From Deltaproteobacteria bacterium (GTDB taxonomy: Bacteria; Desulfobacterota; Binatia; UBA9968): DNA of 64,000 bases. Positions 19,038 to 26,419 of the stretch are shown piece after piece. Below the pieces are notes generated by a model, which was not told where the DNA came from, did no database searches, and saw only the letters and a list, made by a program, of their open reading frames with translations. Position 1 is the first letter of the stretch, and each line of letters begins with the position of its first letter. Location of the stretch: the NCBI GenBank assembly GCA_016210115.1, contig JACQUW010000216.1, forward strand, positions 164-64,163, in the 5' to 3' direction. A program made the translations under genes and the position numbers.

Positions 19038-20045
19038 TCAACGAAATATTTCGCGAAAGCTCTTCATGAAATGGTTGTAACTATCCGCTCTCTCTGTCAC
19101 TCCCACATAGTGTAGTTTCACACCCCGGGTGAGCCTTGACGGGATCGGATCCACTTTCGGGTGCGCAGGGATGCGCCTGAGATCTCGGAACACCCTTTGT
19201 CCTTCCTGGGAAATCAAGAAGTCCATCCAGAGCTTTGCCGCATGCGGAGCTTTGCCGCGTCCGACCAGTCCGATAATCTGTGGCATGACAAAGACTGCGT
19301 CCGATCTCACCCAATCAATAGGCGCGCCCCTGGCGATGAGTTGTTCTACCCTGTGGCCGTAGGTTGTCGCCAAAACGGGATATTCTCCAGCAGCTAATTG
19401 GTTGACCGCAAGCGTGAAGCCATTGACGATGATGGGATTATTGGCTCTGAGCCGGTGCAGGTATTGTTCCCCGTTTTTCTCGCCCATATAGCTTTTGATT
19501 CCGGCGTAGAAAAGGACTCCAGTGTCTACGATGCCGAGTTTTCCTTTCCAGGAAGGATGCAGGAGATCCTCCCAGGATTTGGGCCTGGCATCAAGGGCAA
19601 CAAGGCGGGAATTGAGCGACGGAACCAAAGTCAAAAGAAAAATGCTGGACCAGCGACCTTTGGGGTCTTTCAGCTCCGGCGGATAACTCCGGGTTTCGGG
19701 TGAGAAGTAGGGAATCCAGTACCCTCGTTCTAAAAGAACTCCCCCATAGAGTCCGTTAACATCAATCACATCAGCCTGAAGAACGCCCGCCCTAGCCTCC
19801 GTGTCAATTCGCCGCAGAACCTGTTCCGTACCTCCTCTGACGTGCCTGATCTCTATGAACGGGTACTTTTTGTTAAAAGCGCTGATCAACTGTCTGGCGT
19901 CATCCGAGGCTGTTGAGCTATACCAGAAAAGACCTTTCTCATCTTTGGCTCTTGCAATCGTCTCCGGATCTTCCGCAAAAACTAACAAGGCTTCGAGCAA
20001 AGCCAAAGCGAAAAAGTTGAGTGCAATGAGCCGGAGAGCAGTCAT
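19038..20045 (-). CDS. Periplasmic solute-binding protein (family-1 / Fe3+-type fold), orphan
   Basis: 335 aa with a signal peptide. Paralog of 4286-5308. Its start overlaps the upstream stop (ATGA). Confidence 0.75.
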   Translation of the reverse strand: MTALRLIALNFFALALLEALLVFAEDPETIARAKDEKGLFWYSSTASDDARQLISAFNKKYPFIEIRHVRGGTEQVLRRIDTEARAGVLQADVIDVNGLYGGVLLERGYWIPYFSPETRSYPPELKDPKGRWSSIFLLTLVPSLNSRLVALDARPKSWEDLLHPSWKGKLGIVDTGVLFYAGIKSYMGEKNGEQYLHRLRANNPIIVNGFTLAVNQLAAGEYPVLATTYGHRVEQLIARGAPIDWVRSDAVFVMPQIIGLVGRGKAPHAAKLWMDFLISQEGQRVFRDLRRIPAHPKVDPIPSRLTRGVKLHYVGVTERADSYNHFMKSFREIFR

Positions 20046-21454
20046 GCCGCCGGGCCACCTGTAACAGAAGGGTCAATTTTTCTTGCTAGCCATTGTCCCC
20101 CATCATCTGGACCCACGATGCAGCCATCTTCAGCTAGGATCGTTCCCCTGAGAATCGTCATCCGCGGAATGCCCTGTACCTGCCAACCCTCGAAAATCGT
20201 GTAATCCGTACCCTGATGGAGATCCTCGTTTCTGATCTTTCTTGTAACCTTGGGATCGAACAAGACCAAATCGGCGTCGCTGCCAATCTCAATGGTTCCC
20301 TTTCGGGGATAAAGGCCGAAAACCATCGCCGGACCTGTAGCAAGGCAATGCACCACCTTTTCAATAGGCATTCCCCGCCGGACCACCATTTCAGTCTGCA
20401 TGACGGCGAGTCTCAGCTCTATCTGATTGAGACCGCCTGACACCTGATAGGCTGGGAGCTGCTCAGTAGCCTCGCGCTTTTTCTGAAGAAGAGCTAAGGA
20501 CTCATCAGTCGCGACAGACGAGATCGTGCCGTCCTGAATCCCTCGCCATAGCGCCTCGACATCCGCTTTTCTTCTTAAAGGCGGGGACTTTAGAAATTCT
20601 ACCCCCCGGCTGGTTTTGTAAATTTCCTCAGAGAAGCAGAGATAGTGAGGGCAAGTTTCTGCGTACACCGGCAACCCGGCAAGGCGCGCGGATCGCACGG
20701 CATTGAGAGAGGGGCCGGCTCCGAGATGCTCGAAATAAAGAGGCCCGCGTGTCAGCTCGCTTACAAATACGGCCCGCCGCACAGCTGAGGTTTCCGAAAG
20801 CCAGGGCCGGCAGCTGCTCACTTTTTCGACGGCGCCGGCATTCGGAGTTTGCTTAATTATCGCCTCGTTGAGCCGGGAATCCTCTGCATGGACAATCATC
20901 ATCATCCGGCGCTCCCGCGCCAGCGTGAGAAGATGATAGAGGATTCCTTCATTGAGGGCTTCTCGCCCGCGGCTGCCCTCAAATGAAGCATGGAAGGAGG
21001 CGATACCCTCATCAGCGCAGTTTTCCAGCTGTGCCATGACGCTATCCTCGGAAGAGGGAATGGAGGGATGAAAGGCAAAGTCAATGGCCATGTTTCCTTC
21101 GCGTTCCGCACGCGCCTGAGAAGCACCCTCAAAGAGGGTCATCCCCTTTTTGGGAGGAATCATTTCCATGACCGTCGTCGTGCCGCCCAAAGCCAGGGCT
21201 TGCGTGCAAGCCTTCATTGTCGCCGGAATGTTGCCGAAGACTTTGGCTCCGCTCCCAAGATGGGTATGAGGATCAATGGCGCCGGGCAGCACATAGAGAC
21301 CCTTTGCCTGGATCACTTTCCTCGCCGGCGGCTTGGGAGCATCGGAATTCAGTAGCCCTACAACTTTTCCCTCGCTTACCGCCACGTCAAGAAATCGCCG
21401 GCTAAAAGCATTTATGACCTCACCACCGACGATCAAGAGATCTATTTGCTGCAT
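20042..21454 (-). CDS. Cyclic amidohydrolase (hydantoinase / dihydropyrimidinase-like, amidohydrolase superfamily)
   Basis: 470 aa. LLIVGGEV...VLPGAIDPHTHLG (HxH), IVHAED, ETCPHYL and a composite-domain C-terminus. SD GGAGGT upstream. Confidence 0.8.
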   Translation of the reverse strand: MQQIDLLIVGGEVINAFSRRFLDVAVSEGKVVGLLNSDAPKPPARKVIQAKGLYVLPGAIDPHTHLGSGAKVFGNIPATMKACTQALALGGTTTVMEMIPPKKGMTLFEGASQARAEREGNMAIDFAFHPSIPSSEDSVMAQLENCADEGIASFHASFEGSRGREALNEGILYHLLTLARERRMMMIVHAEDSRLNEAIIKQTPNAGAVEKVSSCRPWLSETSAVRRAVFVSELTRGPLYFEHLGAGPSLNAVRSARLAGLPVYAETCPHYLCFSEEIYKTSRGVEFLKSPPLRRKADVEALWRGIQDGTISSVATDESLALLQKKREATEQLPAYQVSGGLNQIELRLAVMQTEMVVRRGMPIEKVVHCLATGPAMVFGLYPRKGTIEIGSDADLVLFDPKVTRKIRNEDLHQGTDYTIFEGWQVQGIPRMTILRGTILAEDGCIVGPDDGGQWLARKIDPSVTGGPAA

Positions 21455-21460
21455 TACCGT

Positions 21461-22588
21461 TTACCTCCGCTTAACCATTTCCTCCAGATCCGCATACAGA
21501 CCTTTTTGCTCTAACGCCTGAATATAACGGTTATCTATGAAAATTGCGGGGTTGGCATTCTGAGCGGCCGGCACGGTCTCTGCGATCTGCCGCAATACAG
21601 TTTGGATCATGGTGGGAGTAGTGTACGGAACCTTTTGTAAAAACCGACCTGCATGGGCCTCGTAACTGGCTTCGACGATGCTCCTGTCTTCGGTCCGCGA
21701 GATTTTTCGGATCACATGCGTGCTGAAGTCCCTGTCTCCTAACATGCGATAGATTCCCTTTGAGACCGCACGGAGAAAGTTCAAGGTGTCGAGTTCGTGA
21801 TTTTTCAGAAAAGAGCGCCTGGCGGCGAAGCCGTTGTGGGAGAAGGGAATACCGAGATCCTTAAAGGCGACAAGCTCTTTGAAGCCAAGTTTCCTTGCCT
21901 CCAACATTCCCACCTCCGTTGTGACGCCCGCTTGAATTTTTCCGGTCCTTAGGGCGACTATGGTCGAAGCGCCTCCGCCGGTAGGGACCAAGGAGACGTC
22001 CTTACCGGGGATCAGCCGGTATTTTTCCAACAACAGCCGGGCGGCGAAATCAGTATTGGAGCCGAAGCGGCCGAATCCTATGGCCTTTCTTTTGAGATCG
22101 TCGACTCTGTGAATATCCGGCCGCACCACAAGGGAGAAAATCATCGTTGGGATAGTCGTCGCGATCATAAGCACATCCGCTCCTTGGAGACCGGCTGCGA
22201 CGACGGGTGTGGCCCCGACCATTGCGTAATCGATCTCGCCGGAGAGCAGCGACTGAATGACGGTGGAGCTGTTCTGAATGAAGGGCATTTCGATACTGAG
22301 GCCGACTTCCTTTAAATAGCCTGCCTCAAAGGCGATCCAGAGCGGGGCCTGAGGGAGTCCCAGGCTCGAGTAGGCTGCCCTCAGAGTAGAGCGATGCGAG
22401 GCAAATCCAGCGTCGCCAGAAGTCACGAGGACCAAGATGAGGAAAGCTAGAAAAACGATTCTCTTGATGCCGTCTATGGGCGACTCTCCCAACTTCCTCA
22501 GCATGCCGCTCACTTTAGCGCCGTCATATGGCCAAGCTCGACGCAGTTGACGTCCTTTGTGCGCGTAATTCATCCAAGGACTAATCAT
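21461..22588 (-). CDS. NMT1/THI5-like (NitT/TauT-type) solute-binding protein
   Basis: Motifs LRAAYSSLGLPQAPLWIAFEAGYLKEVGL and GEIDYAMVGATPVVAA. The hydrophobic leader IKRIVFLAFLILVLV suggests the real start may be the internal Met at 22504. Confidence 0.75.
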   Translation of the reverse strand: MISPWMNYAHKGRQLRRAWPYDGAKVSGMLRKLGESPIDGIKRIVFLAFLILVLVTSGDAGFASHRSTLRAAYSSLGLPQAPLWIAFEAGYLKEVGLSIEMPFIQNSSTVIQSLLSGEIDYAMVGATPVVAAGLQGADVLMIATTIPTMIFSLVVRPDIHRVDDLKRKAIGFGRFGSNTDFAARLLLEKYRLIPGKDVSLVPTGGGASTIVALRTGKIQAGVTTEVGMLEARKLGFKELVAFKDLGIPFSHNGFAARRSFLKNHELDTLNFLRAVSKGIYRMLGDRDFSTHVIRKISRTEDRSIVEASYEAHAGRFLQKVPYTTPTMIQTVLRQIAETVPAAQNANPAIFIDNRYIQALEQKGLYADLEEMVKRR

Positions 22589-22890
22589 TTCCAGCTACAC
22601 AGGAGGTGCTCCAGGTACCGTACTACAGGACCCCGTTGCAGATGTTGATGGGCAAATTGGTTCCTGTAGCTTCGCAAACACCCGTAGCAACTCGTACTCT
22701 CGCCGCAGCCGCAGTTGCCACCGACTCTTTTCCGGGCAACCTCTAAGCAGGCGCGGAACAGGTCTTCCTGTTCGAGACGAGCAACCAGCCCTGCCCCTGC
22801 TTCTGCGATCGGCTCAGTCTCTCCCAAAATTACATCCTCTTGACGGAAATTTTCGCCGAACAGATCCGAGGCAAACTCTTTGAGGCGGGG
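22585..22890 (-). pseudogene. C-terminal remnant of a DUF1998 / MZB (MrfA-type Zn-binding) helicase-associated domain
   Basis: The frame is open for only about 101 codons, bounded by a TAG at 22891-22893, and contains no ATG. It encodes ...GNCGCGESTSCYGCLRSYRNQFAHQHLQRGPVVRYLEHLL: a 4-Cys cluster followed by the xLxSYxNQxxHxxL signature of DUF1998 C-termini. No helicase core lies upstream. Confidence 0.5.
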
Positions 22891-23429
22891 CTATGCTCTC
22901 TTTCTCTGCCTCTGTTCTGGTTCTATTTCCAGTTTGCTATTGTCGTGGCGTTTCATGTTCGTTCGACGGCGAAGCGAGTTCGCTCTTGTGTTCGCGGCCC
23001 TTTGCACCCAACAGGCTTTATGCGTTCTGATTGAATAGCGCCCCGTGCGTTCGATTTTTTTGCTCGCGGCATCCTTCGGTTGAGAGCCAAAAGGGCAGCG
23101 ATGGCTGAGACTAGAATTGCGGTCAACCGGAGAAGCATGGCTGTCCATTCCCCTGCTGGTTTTCGTCAAGCCGATCTTTAGCAGAGACCGTTTCCTCGTG
23201 TCAAAGAGGCGATTGACGCTTTATGCAGTAGCCAACACCAGTGCTTTAAAGAGGCTATTTTAGACAGAAAGAGCTAGAAAACTTGCGGGTTGGATGGAGA
23301 TGCAGGAAGCATCGAGCTGGAGACGCAGAGATGGGAGAATTGAAGCACTGCGACAAACTGTCCGAGCGCCAGCCGTTCCTCTCGTGATCGCAGAGAATTC
23401 CAGTCAATGAATCCAGATTGCGCCAGTTC

Positions 23430-24893
23430 TCACATCCTCTTATCTTTCTCCAGCGTAAGCGATAGTCCCGGTCTCTGTACCCGTATCTCGCTATAGTCGG
23501 TCCTCCGGGTCAATTCCTGGATCAATGCGAGCACTGGATTCGTGGCGGTGACATATTCCTTCGGCGGACCGGCGGCGCGCATGGCCTCAATCTCTTCTTT
23601 GTGCAGTAGCCAACGGAGCAGGACCTCATCATCAGAAACGTCGCGGCCTCCTATTTTTCGGCGCACTTCCTCAATCGAAGGTTCCGGCGGCTCCCATTGC
23701 GCCAGCTCTTTAGCGCGTGGACCGCTGAGGATTTTGTCCTTTACATCAGGATCCATGGCGGTGATCGCTTCTTTGCCCCAAAGCCCTAACGCGTACTGGA
23801 TGACCTGATCGGTTACCTGTTTGTAGCGCTCGCCGACGATGACATTGATCGCCGCCTGACTGCCGACGTATTGGGAGAGAGGCGTCACCATGATCGGATA
23901 GCCAAATTCCGCGCGCACTCGGATCGCTTCCTCGAGAGCCGCAGGCAGCTTGTCTTCCATTCCTACTTTGCGTAGCTGATGGCGCAGGTTAGAAACCATG
24001 CCTCCGGGAACCTGGTGCAAATACTGGGAGTAATCGTACTCGACCGGCGCGCCGATGGGGAACCCCTCTCTTTTGGCGATAAAGGTGAAATGCTCCGAAA
24101 CGAGCTTGAGCTGCTTCTCATCTATGGCTGGGGTATAGCCCAAGGCGCGAGAGTTTCTGGCGACGTTGAAAATCGAAGGGTTGGAAGAGGCCTCGGCCAA
24201 AGGGGGTACGGCCGTGTTGATTGTTTTGACCCCTAGCTTAATCGCTTCCAGGGCGCACAGTGAGCCGAGTCCGGTGGTGCAGTGGGTGTGAAGCTCGAGC
24301 GGTATGCCGTTGCTGTTCTGCATGATCAGCGGCACGAGTGTCCGCGTGCGCTCCGGCGTCAGAAGCCCTCCAGGGTCCTTGAGGCAAAGACGGTATAAGT
24401 TCAGTGATGCGGCCTGACGGGTCCTTTCGACAAAATATTCGTCCGTATGCCTGGGAGAGACCGAGTAAATAACGTTCACGATCGGTTCCAACCCGGCGTC
24501 ACGCGCGCACTGGACCTTGCGCTGCCAGCTCGAAAGGTCGTTCCACTCGTCCGAGATGCGCGCCTGTCTCAGTCCGTTGGCTGCCATACGGTCGATAAAC
24601 AGGCGATACATGCACTGGGGCGTAATCTCGAAGGTGTTCACCCTGCCGGCAATGAGCCGGAGTGGCGTTTTAGTGATCCGCTTGGCGACGAGCCGGACGC
24701 GTTCCCAGGGGTCCTCCTTGAGTTCTCGGACGCATTTTTTGAGGTGCGAACTCGAAAGGAGTTCGACCGCTTCAAATCCTGCCTCATCTATTTGCTTTGC
24801 TACCGGAAGCATCATGCCTGTCGTCATATTTTCCGCCCAAAGGCTCTGATGACCGTCGCGGAGCGTGGTATCGACAAAATGGACGTCACTCAT
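23430..24893 (-). CDS. Pyruvate carboxyltransferase-domain protein (OadA/PycB/transcarboxylase-5S-like) without a biotinyl domain
   Basis: 487 aa. N-terminus FVDTTLRDGHQSLWA (HMGL-like TIM barrel), LELHTHCTTG, and a conserved carboxyltransferase C-terminal region. No AMKM biotinylation motif. Confidence 0.8.
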   Translation of the reverse strand: MSDVHFVDTTLRDGHQSLWAENMTTGMMLPVAKQIDEAGFEAVELLSSSHLKKCVRELKEDPWERVRLVAKRITKTPLRLIAGRVNTFEITPQCMYRLFIDRMAANGLRQARISDEWNDLSSWQRKVQCARDAGLEPIVNVIYSVSPRHTDEYFVERTRQAASLNLYRLCLKDPGGLLTPERTRTLVPLIMQNSNGIPLELHTHCTTGLGSLCALEAIKLGVKTINTAVPPLAEASSNPSIFNVARNSRALGYTPAIDEKQLKLVSEHFTFIAKREGFPIGAPVEYDYSQYLHQVPGGMVSNLRHQLRKVGMEDKLPAALEEAIRVRAEFGYPIMVTPLSQYVGSQAAINVIVGERYKQVTDQVIQYALGLWGKEAITAMDPDVKDKILSGPRAKELAQWEPPEPSIEEVRRKIGGRDVSDDEVLLRWLLHKEEIEAMRAAGPPKEYVTATNPVLALIQELTRRTDYSEIRVQRPGLSLTLEKDKRM

Positions 24894-24919
24894 AGAGACT
24901 TCCTCCGAGTTTGCATGGC

Positions 24920-25693
24920 TTATGGGTTCTTGAAGCCATTTCTCTCCTTCTCCTGAACTAACCGCCAGCCTTTTTCAGCGTACCATTCAATCTGGCGAAA
25001 CAGCCCGGTGAGTATCCGCACATCCGGCTCTTCCAGACCGGCCCGGCCGAGTATCCGGCGCAGGGCGAGCAAGATGTGTTCGGGATTTTGAGGGTTTAAA
25101 AAACCGATTTTAAGCAGAGATCGCTTCATCCTGTCAAAAAGACGCTCCACATTCTCCACGGGGGCGCGCGAGATCGCCGGGCGTGTGCCACCATTCGTGG
25201 CGGCAAGATAGATCTCATAAAGGCAAATCATCACTGCCTGGGCGACATTCAGGGAGGGATAGTCCGGGTGAGAAGGGATTGTCATCAACCCCTGGCAATG
25301 CCTGAGGTCGCGATTGCTCAGACCATGGTCTTCCGGCCCGAAGACAAGCCCAACCCTCTCGATCTCTGCGGCAGCGACGATTTGCCCGGCAAAGTCTCGG
25401 GGAGTCTGGCTATGACTGCGGTAAAGGCCAGATCGGCACGTCGTGCCAACCACCAGGCGGCAATCGGCCAGAGCTTCGCGCAGGCTTTCGAAGGGCCGGC
25501 ACTGCTCTAAGATGTCTTGCGCATGAACCGCCATGGCTCTTGCCCAAAAGCTTTGTGTGCGACCTCCGTTGACGATCGCCAGGTCTTTTAGCCCCATGTT
25601 TTTCATGGCCCTGGCGACAGAGCCAATGTTACCGGACCCTCTTGGTTGGACCAAGATAATGCGGATGTTTTCTAGCATCACTTCAAAGCTCAA
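24920..25693 (-). CDS. trmJ: SpoU/TrmH-class RNA 2'-O-methyltransferase, TrmJ/LasT-like
   Basis: 257 aa. RIILVQPRGSGNIGSVARAMKNMG, LVFGPEDHGLSN, and SLNVAQAVMICLYE (trefoil-knot SAM site). Confidence 0.8.
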   Translation of the reverse strand: MSFEVMLENIRIILVQPRGSGNIGSVARAMKNMGLKDLAIVNGGRTQSFWARAMAVHAQDILEQCRPFESLREALADCRLVVGTTCRSGLYRSHSQTPRDFAGQIVAAAEIERVGLVFGPEDHGLSNRDLRHCQGLMTIPSHPDYPSLNVAQAVMICLYEIYLAATNGGTRPAISRAPVENVERLFDRMKRSLLKIGFLNPQNPEHILLALRRILGRAGLEEPDVRILTGLFRQIEWYAEKGWRLVQEKERNGFKNP

Positions 25694-25765
25694 CTCAAAA
25701 CGGTTTGAACGAATCGATCCCTGCGGAGCTTTTAAAGGCGCTCAAAGGCTCTTCCCTCATCAGGG

Positions 25766-26419
25766 CTACTCCGTGCTTCGCGCAAACCGGCAGAACTTGT
25801 TTTTCAAAACAGTATCCCGGTTTTCTTCGTCAAACCCGATGCGGTGGTCGAAATCCTCGTTCATAATCGAAGCCGTATCTTTGGTGTGCTTCGCGCCAAA
25901 AATATGCCCCAATTCATGAATCAAGGCCAGGACGTCAAGCTCCGGCTCTGAATCACGTCCGCGGGTGCGAAATGGAGTCGAAACCGAGCTCACCACGTAA
26001 TTCCCCAGCCCCTCCTGGCAGTCTCCAATGCGATCCACGCGCGCCTTGCCAAGATAGGGATTGATTCGCGCGCCGGTAAGCCCAATCAGAAGATCGTATC
26101 TCCCTTGCCGATCTTCAAGCGGGATTTTCTGCATGATCTGTTTAAGAAACAGCGCCGTTGAGACGACCCTCTCTTCGTTGGGCCAGGCGGAAATCTCCGA
26201 TGGCACAAAGCGAATTCCGAACTCGCGCTCGAAGTAATCCGAAGCGGCCTCGATCAACTCCCGCGCCTCCTCAAGCCAGCGAGAGCTTCTCTCTCTTAGA
26301 TTCGCGTCCGCGAGAAGCTTGACCCGGACCTCCCGTTGCGGCGCGGGAGTGCTCAAGCTGCAGGACCACAGAAGCAGAACATTAAGGATGAAGCAGGTTA
26401 TCCGTGGGAGCGTAGTCAT
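25766..26419 (-). CDS. Metzincin-type zinc metalloprotease lipoprotein
   Basis: 217 aa. Lipobox LLLWSC, the extended zinc motif HELGHIFGAKH (HExxHxxGxxH) and a following Met-turn candidate ASIM. Its start overlaps the upstream gene by 38 nt. Confidence 0.75.
   Translation of the reverse strand: MTTLPRITCFILNVLLLWSCSLSTPAPQREVRVKLLADANLRERSSRWLEEARELIEAASDYFEREFGIRFVPSEISAWPNEERVVSTALFLKQIMQKIPLEDRQGRYDLLIGLTGARINPYLGKARVDRIGDCQEGLGNYVVSSVSTPFRTRGRDSEPELDVLALIHELGHIFGAKHTKDTASIMNEDFDHRIGFDEENRDTVLKNKFCRFARSTE

Noticed and set aside
22840-23169. Short ORFs (64, 92 and 61 aa) inside the non-coding scar
   Set aside because: They have no start context, an odd composition (Arg/Ser-rich or hydrophobic runs without a signal-peptide layout) and no motifs. 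They are considered debris of the deletion region.
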